From the NCBI GenBank assembly GCA_000004695.1, contig CM000151.3:2400001-2464000 (forward strand): 64,000 nt of DNA, given 5' to 3'. The stretch's first letter is position 1. Each line of letters opens with the position of its first letter. The translations under genes and the position numbers were made by a program. This document shows, piece after piece, positions 11,801-25,625 of this stretch. The stretch comes from Dictyostelium discoideum. Lineage: Eukaryota. The notes beneath the pieces were generated by a model that was given only the letters and a program-made list of their open reading frames with translations, did not search any database and was not told the origin of the DNA.

Positions 11801-13313
11801 ACCAATAGGATTTGGATACAATTCAGATATTATTTTCAGTGTTTATGGATTCATTAATAATGGCGGTTATTATAGCGGATATTCAAGCGAATCACTAAAT
11901 AATTTATCTTTTATATATACAATTAATAATATAACTTTTAATAAAGTAATACAAATCACAAAATGCAGTAAATTTAATTCATTTGATAGCGAGTTATGGA
12001 TAACAGGTAGATGTTTCAATTCAACGCAACAAGTATATGTAAAATATGAAGGAGACTCAAGCTTTAATCAAATAGTACCAACTACAGTTTATTGGAGTGC
12101 AATTTTTATTAAAAATATTAAACCAACCGATAAACCATTCATTATCAAAGTTTCAGACCTACCACTCACATCAAATGAATTCACTGTCAATCCAATAGTT
12201 TATAATTTTATAGATCCAACACCAACACAAACACCAATACCTACATCATCACCAATGCCAACGAATAAACCACAAACATGTTTAGGTGAACCAGTATGTG
12301 GTGGATCAAAACAAGGTTTTTGTTCATCAAGTGGATGTATTTGTTATCCACCTTGGATTGGTAATGATTGTAATTCACAAGTTATAATTATACCACAACC
12401 ATCAACAAATACATCACAACCATCAACTGAATTACCAATTATCGATAACAATAATCAAACATCAAATAGTACAAATTATTTATTCAAATCATTGATTTCA
12501 ATTGTATCATTAAGAGAATTAGATTTTAATTCAAATCAAGTTAATTTATATACATTTGATAAATGGATTTATACACCAATTAATAATATTAAAAGTCAAT
12601 ACTTTACAAGTATTCAAAGTGGTGATACAAAATCAACAAATACATTAACAACCAATATTACTGTAACTTTAGAATGGTTCAATCAAACGACAATTATTCA
12701 ATTCGCAAATAATAATATAACAATGAATCCATCAAGTATTAAATATACAATTGAAATTACAGAATATAAATTTTTAAAACAATTAAATAGTCTTCAACTT
12801 GTAATGTCAGCATTATTCGAATCATCAACTTCCAAAGATACTTGTTCATTAAAAGTATTTGGAGATACAAGCGATGGTGATAATTCAAACTTCTTTAAAA
12901 TTCAAATTGATGATCATTCACTTTATGGTAGATTCATTAAAAGAGCAATCATCGATTCAAAAGTGTCTTCAATTGAAAATCAATTATTAGATTCAAAAAT
13001 GAACTCAATTCAAACATCATCAGTATCACAATCATTCATTGGTATTACAATACCAAACTATAAACAATCAATAATTATTGATCCAGACTTTTCAGTATTA
13101 GTAGATAGTAAACCAGTATCAAATAATGATAATAATTCAATTTGTACATCAAATAAATCAAAACTAACAAGTGCTCAACTCGCTGGTATTATTATTGGTT
13201 CTATTGCTTTTGCCACTGTAGTTATTGTATCAGTTGTTTACTTGGTTGTGAAAAACAGAAAATCAAAAAAATTCCAAAGAAAAGTACAAAAGAAATTACA
13301 AACAATTAACTGA
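8810..13313 (+). CDS. Tandem paralog 2 of the type-I membrane glycoprotein family; 5 exons, ~1378 aa
   Basis: Exons ~8810-9215, 9289-9585, 9649-9939, 10033-10329, 10468-13313, all phase-1 junctions (gtttgt/gtaagt donors, atag/taag/aatag acceptors). Exon lengths are 406, 297, 291, 297 and 2846 nt, giving an unbroken frame. ORF track: 8810-9262, 9303-9602, 9651-9998, 10104-10349, 10638-13313. Signal MIKKILLIILTLVIINS. TM AGIIIGSIAFATVVIVSVVYLVV. Confidence 0.65.
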
Positions 13314-14015
13314 TAATTACTTAATCAGTTAATTTAATTCTAATATTTAAATTATAAATCTTGGAAAAAAAATAAAAATAAAAAATAAAAAATAAAAGAT
13401 AAAAACAAATAAAAACAGGACTTTTAATTCGAAAAAAAAAGTATATATAAAAAAAATTTTAATTTTTTTTTTTTTATTATTTTTTAAATTAATCTTTAAA
13501 AAAAAAAAAAAAAGACAAAATCACCATTAATTATATAATCAATTAGCTTGAGATAGAACAAAAAAATGGATCAAGATTAGTAGAAAGAAAAAGCAATTGA
13601 TTTCATCAACAACACCAAAAAACCAATTATTTGGTAAAAAGAAAAAAAAAAACCAAAAAAAAAATAAAAAACAAGTAAAATGAACCAATCATTTAGATGA
13701 ATGTTGTTTTTTTAAAAATAACAATAATAATAAAAGATAAAATAATAAGGGGAGTTACACAGAAAATAAAAAAAATAAAAGTAAAAAAAAAAAATAAAAA
13801 AAAAGAGGAACACTTTAATGCAAAAATTTTTACAACCGCCTTATAAAATATATATAAAAAACAATCATCAATATTTTGTTTTTTTTTTTTTTTTTTTAAC
13901 AAAACGACACCAATTTGTTTGGTAATAAAAGCGAAAAGAAATTTTGTGTCTTTTTTTTTTTTTTTTTTTCTGTTTGCCCCTTAGAATTTCAAAATTTTTT
14001 TTTTGTTTTTTATTT

Positions 14016-14043
<28 letters not shown>

Positions 14044-14048
<5 letters not shown>

Positions 14049-14100
14049 TATCTTTTTTTAAATATCTTTTATTAGCTCAGCAAATCGTAAAAAAAAAAAA
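14044..14100 (+). promoter_or_regulatory. Copy-3 instance of the AAATATCTTTT...CAAATCGTAAAAAAAA upstream element
   Basis: Matches 8698-8757 upstream of copy 2. Conservation between the copy-2 and copy-3 intergenic regions indicates a recent tandem duplication that included the promoter. Confidence 0.4.
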
Positions 14101-14214
14101 AAAAGCAAAAATAAAAAAAAATGTTTGCTAAAGGGCAAGTTTTTTTTTTTTTTTTTTGTTGTTTTAATAAAAAAAAAAAAACTTATTGCAAGTTTAAATA
14201 AACAAAAAAAAAAA

Positions 14215-14635
14215 ATGATAAAGAAAATTTTATTGATAATCCTAACATTGGCGATAATAAATAGCTTTTCAACAATAAATAATTTAATAATTGGGGTTGA
14301 AGGACAGTTTCAATTGTATGATATTACAAATCAAGAAGAAGGTGCTTATAATAGATACCCAGATTCAACAAATCAAAAAATTTGTTCATATGTTTTTTCG
14401 ATTGCAATAGTTGATTACTCGAATAGTGGAACAAATTTGATGGTTTTCACCAATGACACAGATGCAACAGTCTCTCTAATCAATAAGAAAGAATATGGAG
14501 GAATTGCCACAGTTATAGTTAAAAATAAAACACCAAATACTTATACATTATTAATAAATGCAACATTGCAAAATGATCAAATTATTTATAAAAATATCTC
14601 AATAACTTATTCTTGTGAATGTTTGTATATAAAAC

Positions 14636-14680
<45 letters not shown>

Positions 14681-15037
14681 AAAAAAAAAAAAAAAATAAT
14701 TAACTTTAATATCAATTTTATAGATATCCCTCGAGAATTGATGAAGGTCAATGTTTTAACAAGTAACAATTATAAATTTACACTTTTTCCTTATACAGCA
14801 ACAATACACTTTGCAGGTTTAAAATATCCACTAAATTTGCTAAATGTTTCAAGTCCTTCAAATGTTGCAATGAGCTTAGAGGGATATTCAAATTTATTCT
14901 TTGTTGGTGTAGGATTTGATAAAAATAATTTAATATCAGAGTTTAATATATCAATAAGATTCTTGGATAGTTCAGATCAACAATATACTGTAAATATTAC
15001 AATTCCTTTTTTATATTTTTCAAGTAAGTATAATAAT

Positions 15038-15068
<31 letters not shown>

Positions 15069-18000
15069 GATATTAAAATTATTATTATTTTAAGAAATGA
15101 ATGTAGAAGAAAAGGATATTACATTTAAGATCTACCCAAACCAAACTGATGTTAAAGAATTTGGAATTAATTGTTCACCAGTTTACTCTATTACATTAAA
15201 TGAAACCATTGAATATGATCCATTATTTATTGAAGATATTACAAATAATATTCCAACTCCATCATATGAAATACCAGGAAAAGGTACAACATTCATTGGC
15301 CAAGTTCATACACAATATTCTATTTTCGCAAAAATTAATAACTCATTAACAACAATTTATAGTGATCCAAATTTAAATGTTTTTAGTAAGTTTGTTAAAA
15401 TTAAATTTAATTACTTTTTAATATATACATATATCAAAGATTAATTTCTATTGACATTATTTTAATTTTTTTTTTTAAAAAAATGAATAGATAATTTTAA
15501 TTTTACATTTCCAAATGTCATTGTTGAACCAATATCAGTACCTTTAACATTAAACTCAACAATGTTTTCATTTGGATTCAATTCAAATACCCAGTATGAA
15601 ACATTTTCATTTTATTTTAGATGGAATTTAGGTTTTCAATATATCTTTAGTTGGCCATTTGGGTTTGAAAGTGGTCAAAATTCAAACTATTCTTTAAAAG
15701 CATCATTTTTAAAACCCACATATTCGCCAAACAATTTTGGTTTATTGACCTTTAATAATCGAAATTTAAATATTCAAATAGACAATAGTAAGTATATACA
15801 CATATAAAATCATTAATATTCTAAACTACTACCGAACAACACACACACACTCAAAACAATTACTAACATTAAAAAATATTTTTAAATATAGCAATAAATT
15901 CATCATTACTACCATTAGAATTAGAATCATGTAAAGTTATATACCTTTTTGAACAATTTCATTTATTAAGAATTAAAATAAAACCAACATATAAAGAGAT
16001 TGGTTATAATCTTTTCATTCAAATTAATGATGATGATGCAAATGGAATATATAGACAAGAATCATTGGTAGATGCTGAAAATAATATATATGAAATTGTT
16101 TATGATTTTAAAGGGCGTGGTTTTCAATTTTTATCTATTGGAGATTCAACTTTTAAAAAGAGTCAAGTTTATTATTTAAATAGTTATTTTTCAATTAATC
16201 CATTTTCAGTTATAGATTATAAAGCTCCAACAATATTACCTGTTTTAATAGAAAATATTACATTTTTAAAAAATTATATTGATGTGGCAAATAAATCAGT
16301 TGATAATATAATTTATTTCAATTATAATGGTACTCAAACCCATAGTAATCCTTCAGCTTCATTCTCACTTTTTATTTTAAATAGTAATACCACAGATTCT
16401 AATATAGATTTCAATAGTTTAAAGTTTGCAACTTGGAATTCAACAATTTCAAAATATCAAATTAAATTTACAGTTCTTGCAAACACTAGACCTGGTCCAC
16501 TCAGTTTCTTTTTATGGTGTGGTTTTCGAGCAATAACAAATGATATGTTTCCTTTATCATCACAACTAATAGTTGTTTCTAAACATTTCGATGAATATGG
16601 ACCAATATTTAGTAATATTGAAAAGGTTAATTCAACAAATGAATTTGGTTGGAAATTTACAATAGATGATCCAATTAATGGTTTTGATTATGGTGATATT
16701 ATAGTGAGAGGTGAAATGGATAGTTCAACTTATAAATTCCATTTAACAACTCAAAATTTAACAAGAGGTGATAAATTTAATGGTGATTATCAAATTAATA
16801 TAACTTTACCAAGTAAATGCGCATCTCAAAATTATATTATCACACAAGTTAAATTATATGATACTCAAGGTTATTCAGGTGAATTTTCAGTAGTTAATGG
16901 AATAGATGGTATTAAAAATGTATTTATAAATTATTTATCAGATCCAACAATAAATAAAGTATATAAAACATGTAGTGGTGAAAATGATGGTATCGATAGT
17001 TCACCACCAATTTTAACTTCATTCATACCAATATTAAGACAAAATAGTGATGGTACTCAATATTTATTATTCAACTTTGAAGCAGTAGATATTGAAAGTG
17101 GTTTAAAAGATAAACAATATCCAATTGTTTACATTCAAACAATAGAAGCACAAACACTTGAATGTGTATCATCTATTATTTCAATAAACGAAACAGCTGC
17201 AACCTATACATGTACCATCAATTTACCAATAGGATTTGGATACAATTCAGATATTATTTTCAGTGTTTATGGATTCATTAATAATGGCGGTTATTATAGC
17301 GGATATTCAAGCGAATCACTAAATAATTTATCTTTTATATATACAATTAATAATATAGCTTTTAATAAAGTAATACAAATCACAAAATGCAGTAAATTTA
17401 ATTCATTTGATAGCGAGTTATGGATAACAGGTAGATGTTTCAATTCAACGCAACAAGTATATGTAAAATATGAAGGAGACTCAAGCTTTAATCAAATAAT
17501 AGTACCAACTACAGTTTATTGGAGTGCAATGTTTATTAAAAATATTAAACCAACTGATAAACCATTCATTATCAAAGTTTCAGACCTACCACTCACATCA
17601 AATGAATTCACTGTCAATCCAATAGTTTATAATTTTATAGATCCAACACCAACACAAACACCAATACCTACATCATCACCAATACCAACGAATAAACCAC
17701 AAACATGTTTAGGTGAACCAGTATGTGGTGGATCAAAACAAGGTTTTTGTTCGCCAAGTGGATGTATTTGTTATCCACCTTGGATTGGTAATGATTGTAA
17801 TTCACAAGTTATAATTATACCACAACCATCAACAAATACATCACAGCCATCAACTGAATTACCAATTATCGATAACAATAATCAAACATCAAATAGTACA
17901 AATTATTTATTCAAATCATTGATTTCAATTGTATCATTAAGAGAATTAGATTTTAATTCGAATCAAGTTAATTTATATACATTTGATAAATGGATTTATA

Positions 18001-18740
18001 CACCAATTAATAATATTAAAAGTCAATACTTTACAAGTATCCAAAGTGGTGATACAAAATCAACAAATCCATTAATAACTAATATTACTGTAACTTTAGA
18101 ATGGTTCAATCAAACAAAAATCATTCAATTCGCAAATAATAATATAACAATGAATCCATCAAGTATTAAATATACAATTGAAATTACAGAATATAAATTT
18201 TTAAATCAATTAAATAGTCTTCAACTTGTAATGTCAGCATTATTCGAATCATCAACTTCCAAAGATACTTGTTCATTAAAAGAATTTGGAGATACAAGCG
18301 ATGGTGATAATTCAAACTTCTTTAAAATTCAAATTGATGACCATTCACTTTATGGTAGATTCATTAAAAGAGCAATCATCGATTCAAAAGTATCTTCAAT
18401 TGAAAATCAATTATTAGATTCAAAAATGAACTCAGTTCAAACATCATCAGTATCACAATCATTCATTGGTATTACAATACCAAACTATAAACAATCAATA
18501 ATTATTGATCCAGACTTTTCAGTATTAGTAGATAGTAAACCAGTATCAAATAATGATAATAATTCAATTTGTACATCAAATAAATCAAAACTAACAAGTG
18601 CTCAACTCGCTGGTATTATTATTGGTTCCGTTGCTTTTGCCACTGTAGTTATTGTATCAGTTGTTTACTTGGTTGTGAAAAACAAAAAATCGGTTTTGTT
18701 CCAAAGAAAAGTACAAAACAAATTACAAAAAATGAACTGA
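14215..18740 (+). CDS. Tandem paralog 3 of the type-I membrane glycoprotein family; 5 exons, ~1379 aa; near-identical to paralog 2
   Basis: Exons ~14215-14620, 14724-15023, 15095-15385, 15491-15787, 15892-18740, all phase 1. The real ATG is at 14215 (MIKKILLIILTLAIINS); ORF 14125 begins upstream in poly-K/F. ORF track: 14738-15040, 15097-15444, 15562-15807, 16065-18740. Confidence 0.65.
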
Positions 18741-18827
18741 TCGGCTTAATAAATAATTGATTTCGTCCCAACTTTTTAATAAAAAAAAAAAATTAGTTAA
18801 TAATCCTAAAATTCTCTTTTTATAATA

Positions 18828-18893
<66 letters not shown>

Positions 18894-19090
18894 TATAAGA
18901 TGAAAAAAATTAAAATAAAATTAAAATAAAAAGAAATAAATAGGACAACAAAAACAATTTTCTAACTATGGCTTGGGTATATACTAATATTTGGTAATTA
19001 AAATTTATTTTTATTTTTATAAACATTTTCTAAGGAATTAATAGATAGTATCATCATATTTAATTAAAATTTGAATTATTATTTTCAAAT

Positions 19091-19482
19091 TTAATTAAAA
19101 TATGGTAAATCTCTATTGAGTGGTCTAGATGGCATTATTCTAATGTCCATTACATTTTCTGAATCATCATCAATTTTCTGAGTTATACACCTTGATTGAA
19201 CAAGTTCATAATCTTCTCCATTGCATTCAACTTTTCCACTATTGATTTCAAAATTTTCATTACTCCAAAGTTTACCATCTGTTTTATATTGAATAAAACG
19301 AATAAAAAGAGGTGGTGGAAAGATCATTGGAGTTGGTAATGTGATTGCTAAAAATTATTTTTAAATGTTGGATTGAAATAAATATTTAAATAAACAAAAT
19401 TGGATATATTATTTCAATTTATTATAAATAATTTACCTTTTCCACTTATTGTTGATTCTCCATCATTATTTTTAATTATCAT
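19091..19482 (-). CDS. Small two-exon ORF (~100 aa) of unknown function; candidate gene only
   Basis: Exon 1 ~19482-19437 (MIIKNNDGESTISGK, ends ggaaaag|gtaaat). Exon 2 ~19347-19091 after tttttag; it is ORF 19091-19327 extended upstream (AITLPTPMIFPPPLFIRFIQYKTDGKLW...PYFN*). A degenerate second copy lies at ~19690-19900 on the - strand (MPTDIK...; IPPQFWFRVIDYKLEGQTWV). Confidence 0.3.
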
Positions 19483-19962
19483 TTTATATCTGTTAGCATT
19501 TTCAATTTTTTTTTTTTTGTTTATTTGATTTTTATATTTATTAAAAAAAAGGGTAATAAGAAAAAAGAAAAATTAAAAAAAAAAAAAAAAAAAAACATTA
19601 AAAATTACCCAATATAAAAGAGAGATTTGGATCACTTCCCTATTTATTTAAAAAACGATGTTAATTGTATATTAAAATCGGTTTTTTTTTTTTTTTTTTT
19701 TTTTTTACCCAAGTTTGACCTTCTAATTTATAATCAATTACACGAAACCAAAATTGTGGTGGAATTTTTTGTTGTGATCAAATTGAAGATGCTATAATAA
19801 AAAAAAATATTAGAGTTATAAAAAATTAAAGAATATATAATTTGAATATTATTATCACTGTTGATCCTCCATTGTAACTATTTGTGATTTTAATATCTGT
19901 TGGCATTTAAATTTTTTTTTTTTTAATATGAAATTGATATTTTTTTTTTTTTTTTGATTTGG

Positions 19963-19999
<37 letters not shown>

Positions 20000-20796
20000 T
20001 GTAGGTTTTTAATCTTTTTAAATTGGTTTTTTTTTTTTTTTTTTAATGTATTTATTTATTTTTTTTTTATTTTTTTATATTAAAACCAAAAAAACCACCT
20101 CTGTTTGGTTATCGAACCAAATCCAAAATAAAAATAAAAATAAAAAATGAAAAAAAAATAAAAATAGTGATAATGAAAAAAAAAAAAATAAAAAATATCA
20201 TGATTTTTGGAACGATAATTTTTTTTTTTCTTTTTTTTTTTCTTTTCACCATTTTTTTAACTTCAAATAATAAATTTAATTGAGGAATTTTATGAAATTT
20301 TTTTTTTTAATTCTAAATTTAGCTTCCTCGTTTTTTTTACTTCAAAATGATCAAAATAAAGTTTTTTTTTTTTTTTTTTTTTATTTAAATTAAACAAAAA
20401 AATAAGGGACCCTCCCTTTGGGTAGGAAATAAAAAAGAGGCCAGCTCCGCATTAAATTACTTTTGACGATGATGTTTTTATCTTACAAAAAAAATAAAAA
20501 AAAAAAATCAATTTTTTTTTGAGTTTTTTTAAAAAATTATAATTCATGACATTTGCTTTTCATTTCCATTTATTTTTTTAAAATATCTATTTTTCCGACC
20601 AAAGATTTTTTTTTTCCGACCGATGATTATTTGCACTCAAAAAAAAAAAAAAAAAAAAAAAAATTGGACCCAGGGTTGTTAATATTTGAATATTGTTAAA
20701 TGTTGGATAGAAAAATATTTTTAGTATTTTTTTTTTTTTTCATTTTTTTTTTTTTTTTTTTTTAATATTAAAAATCATTTTGTATAATTAATTAAA

Positions 20797-23296
20797 ATGA
20801 ATAAAAATTTTGTTTTGTATTTATTTTATTTTATTTTTTTAAATTATTGTAATAGTCAATCATTGAACATAACAGATATTTCAGAAGCAAATTCGTATAT
20901 AGTATATCCTGATTCATCAAATTCACAAACTTGTTCTTTTAATTTTAAATTTTTTATCCAAACTGTTAATATAATAAATTATTCTGGAAGTTCATTTTCA
21001 TTTTTATTATCTAAATCTTTTGTTTTGGATACATCATCATTTATAACTAAAGATGGTCATGCATATGCATCTTTTAATGGTTTAAATTTGCCATTAGGAA
21101 ATGATAGTCTAATATTAACATCAACTTATGAAAATTCAGATGGTATTAAAATTCAACAAAATTATTCAATATCTTATAAATGTGAATGTTTGTATTTGCC
21201 CCATTAAATTAATTAATTTAATATTTTAAAAAATTATTTAAATTGCTAATTTTTTTTTTTAAAAGTAATTGAATTTAATTCTTTGGGTTATAAGGTTTTA
21301 TTAACAAATAATTTTAAAAAATCTAAATCAGGAATGAATGGAATTATTCAATTTACAGGATTAAAAAATAAACTAAAATCATTAAGTTCGAGTGGGGGAA
21401 TTTTCAATGTCAAACCAACATTTCCAAATAGTTTTTCATTTTCTGATTATCAATTTCAAAATTTAACAAAAGAAAATATAATTTCACTTTTATTTAATAA
21501 TGGTAATAATATTACAGTAAAATTTCCATCATCATTTAGTTCATGTAGGTATTTTTTTTTTATTTTTTTTTGAACTTGCACTTTTCATTTTTTTTTTTTA
21601 TTTTTTTATTTTTTTTTATTTAAAAATTTCAAAAAATAATTAATCCTCGTTTAATTTTATTATTTTTTAGATTATAATGTTGATGAAAGCAATTCAAAAG
21701 TTGTAATTTATCCAAGTGAAAGCACAAATATAATTGAATATGGATATGACAATTCTCCACTTTATTCAGTTACAATAAATAAAACCAGTGTTGATTATGA
21801 ACCTTATATTCAAGTTAATAATGGGTTTAGCAACTATTCTCAAATAACACCAATATATCAAAATGACAAAACTGTAACATATTTAGGTCAACTTATTAAT
21901 TCAGCACCTTCAAAATTATCAATTTATTCAGAGTTTAATAATTCTTTAATAAAAATCTATGAAACACCAATTTTAAATATTACAAGTAAGTATTTTAAAA
22001 TATATCTTTATAAATGAATTTTAATAGTAATGATAATAATTTTTATTATTATAATTTTATTTAGAATTTAGTAAAGAACCTTTTGTTCCAAATCCATTTA
22101 TTGTTACATACTTTAATAGTGATGGTATTTTTTTATTAAATTCATCAATGTTTACAATTACCACATCAAATCAATTTAATTTCTTAACAACAACCTATTC
22201 ATTTGGTTTATTCACAAAAGATTTTCAATGGCCATTTGGTTTTGGAAGTGGTAATAATTTTAATTATAATGTATCCGCTTCATTTTTGAGATACAAGGCT
22301 CTCATTAGTTCACCAAAAGTTTTTACTGTTGATAAAACAAATCTAATCAACATTAATTCAAATATAAGTATGTATATAATTTATTATAAATAAATTTAAA
22401 ATAATAATTAATAATAATAATATTTAAATTTTTTAATATTAATATATATTTTTATTATATTATTATTATTATTATCATTAAAACATAAACTGTTTTTTTT
22501 TTAAAAAAAAAAAAAAAATTATAGTTGCACCAACTGTAAATGCACCAATTCTTTTAAAATTTGAATGGGTTCATTTATTTTCAGGAAATTATTTATTAAA
22601 ATTTAGGGTAAAAGATAATGGATATGAAGCATTTGTTGGTATTGGTGATGTCAATACAATTGCATTAAGATATGAATCAATGATAGATAGTGAAAGTATA
22701 GGTGATGAAATTGTATTTGCAGCAGTTATAGATACATACAGATATCCAATTGACAAATTTATTGTATTCGATAGATTGGGACAAACAGAAACATATTCAA
22801 TCGGTCAATATTATTCAGTTAATCCACTTTTAAAAATTGATTCATTTTATGAAAATAATAATAAAAATAATAATAATAATAATAACTTATTACTTATTAA
22901 TAATATTACATTTTTTAATAATTTTATCGATATAATAAATAAATCAGTTGATAATGTAGTTTATTTTACATATAATGGAGGTAGAATGGATAATGATGAA
23001 AAACCAATTGGATTTATGTTAATGGACGTAGTTACATTAGTAAAGAATAGTAAATACCATTTCAACAGTTCAACACTATACTTTTCAACTTGGAATTCAA
23101 CAATATCAATGTATCAAATTAAATTTAAAATACCTGCAAATACCCAACCTGGTCATATTCCATATAGATTCTTTATCAACTCTTATTCAACACCTTTAGA
23201 TAGTGAATTCTTACCATCATCTGCACAACTATATGTAACATTATCAAGTAAGTATCTATAATATAGGTATAAATACAATTTATCAATAGTTTTCAA

Positions 23297-23378
<82 letters not shown>

Positions 23379-25625
23379 GAATCTACAGATTTCGATGGAT
23401 ATGGACCAATATTTAGTAATATTGAAAAGGTTAATTCAACAAATGAATTTGGTTGGAAATTTACAATAGATGATCCAATTAATGGTTTTGATTATGCTGA
23501 TATTATAGTTAGAGGTGAAATGGATAGTTCAACTTATAAATTCCATTTAACAACTCAAAATTTAACAAGAGGTGATAAATTTAATGGTGATTATCAAATT
23601 AATATAACTTTACCAAGTAAATGTGCATCTCAAAATTATATTATCACACAAGTTAAATTATATGATACTCAAGGTATTGGTTGCTACTTTTCAGTATCTG
23701 AATCATTTGTAGGTGGTGGTGTTAATAACCCATTTATAAATTATTTATTAGACTCAACAATAAATAAATTATATAAAAAGTGTAGTGGTGAAAATGATGG
23801 TATCGATAGTTCACCACCAATTTTAACATTATTTACACCACAAGTAGCTATTCCTGCAGATGGACATATGGAAGTATATTTCTCATTTGAAGCAACTGAT
23901 TACGAAAGTGGATTAAAAGATCTTCAATATCCAATGGTTTACGTTGAAGCAATTGAATTTCAAATATTTGAATGTGAAACAATTATTAAATCAAAGAATA
24001 TCACCTCTGCAACCTATCAATGTTACGTTTACTTACCAAGAGGTGTATTGTACACTTCAGAAATTACATTCAGTGTTTATGGATTAATTAATAATGGTGG
24101 TTGTTATGGTGGTTATTCAAGCGACTCACTAAGAATTCTATTCCCGTATAAGTTTTCAATGAAAGCAGTATCATCAGGACTTGCTAAAAGGTTAGATATC
24201 TATAGAGTTTCTCAAATTACAACAAGTGGTGGCGAATTATGGATAATAGGTGCTGGTTTCTTTTCTTCAAATCTTGTAGTATTAATTAAATATTATGGTG
24301 AATCAACATTTACACAAACATCAATACCAACTATAAGTTATCCAAATGCAATGTTAATCAATGATGTCAAACCAACTGATAAACCATTCATTATCAAAGT
24401 ACAAGAAGCTTTCTTTTCAAATGAATTCACTGTTTATCCATTAGTATTTGATATTCGTTTTGTACCACCAATTCCAACAGAATTACCAACAGAATCCCCA
24501 ACACCAAATCCATCATCATCATCTTCTTCAATAGACTCGTCATCGTCAACACCTACATCATCACCAATACCAACGAATAAACCTCAAACATGTTTAGGTG
24601 AACCATTATGTGGTGGATCAAAACAAGGATATTGTTCATCAAGTGGATGTGTTTGTTATCCACCTTGGATTGGTAATGATTGTAATTCACAAGTTATAAT
24701 TATACCACAACCATCAACAAATACATCACAACCATCAACTGAATTACCAATTATCGATAACAATAATCAAACATCAAATAGTACAAATTATTTATTCAAA
24801 TCATTGATTTCAATTGTATCATTAAGAGAATTAGATTTTAATTCAAATTAAGTTAATTTATATACATTTGATAAATGGATTTATACACCAATTAATAATA
24901 TTAAAAGTCAATACTTTACAAGTATTCAAAGTGGTGATACAAAATCAACAAATACATTAACAACCAATATTACTGTAACTTTAGAATGGTTCAATCAAAC
25001 AACAATCATTCAATTTGCAAATAATAATATAACAATGAATCCATCAAGTATTAAATATACAATTGAAATTACAGAATATAAATTTTTAAATCAATTAAAT
25101 AGTCTTCAACTTGTAATGTCAGCATTATTCGAATCATCAACTTCCAAAGATACTTGTTCATTAAAAGTATTTGGAGATACAAGCGATGGTGATAATTCAA
25201 ACTTCTTTAAAATTCAAATTGATGATCATTCACTTTATGGTAGATTCATTAAAAGAGCAATCATCGATTCAAAAGTATCTTCAATTGAAAATCAATTATT
25301 AGATTCAAAAATGAACTCAATTCAAACATCATCAATATCACAATCATTCATTGGTATTACAATACCAAATTATAAACAATCAATAATTATTGATCCAGAC
25401 TTTTCAGTATTAGTAGATAGTAAACCAGTATCAAATAATGATAATAATTCAATTTGTACATCAAATAAATCAAAACTAACAAGTTCTCAACTCGCTGGTA
25501 TTATTATTGGTTCCGTTGCTTTTGCTGCTGTCGTTGTTGTTGCAGCTTCTTATTTTATTATAAAAAAGTGGAAAGACGATAAATTTGTAAAAACATTTAA
25601 TAGAAAATTAAAAAAACTATCATAA
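20797..25625 (+). pseudogene. Divergent paralog 4 of the membrane glycoprotein family; 6 exons, including an extra intron absent from copies 1-3; the open frame is interrupted by a single in-frame TAA at 24849-24851 upstream of the TM helix
   Basis: Exons ~20797-21187, 21266-21544, 21671-21985, 22065-22367, 22525-23247, 23389-25625. The junctions are phase 1 and the lengths fit a continuous frame. ORF track: 20797-21207, 21283-21573, 22148-22393, 22680-23261, 23520-24851, 25035-25625, with the last two in the same frame. aattcaaatTaagtt aligns to aattcaaatCaagtt (Q, NSNQVNLYTF) in copies 1-3. The tail is AGIIIGSVAFAAVVVVAASYFIIKKWKDDKF... Confidence 0.55.
23248..23388 (+). other. Paralog-specific intron (gtaagt...(att)n...tctacag) inside what is continuous exon 5 in copies 1-3
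   Basis: Copy 4 reads ...QLYVTLS | NFDGYGPIFSNIEKVNSTNEF. Copies 1-3 read ...QLIIESKHFDEYGPIFSNIEKVNSTNEF without a break. The donor is ttatcaa|gtaagt and the acceptor is tctacag|atttcgat. The intron contains an (ATT)~29 microsatellite at 23293-23378. Confidence 0.6.
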
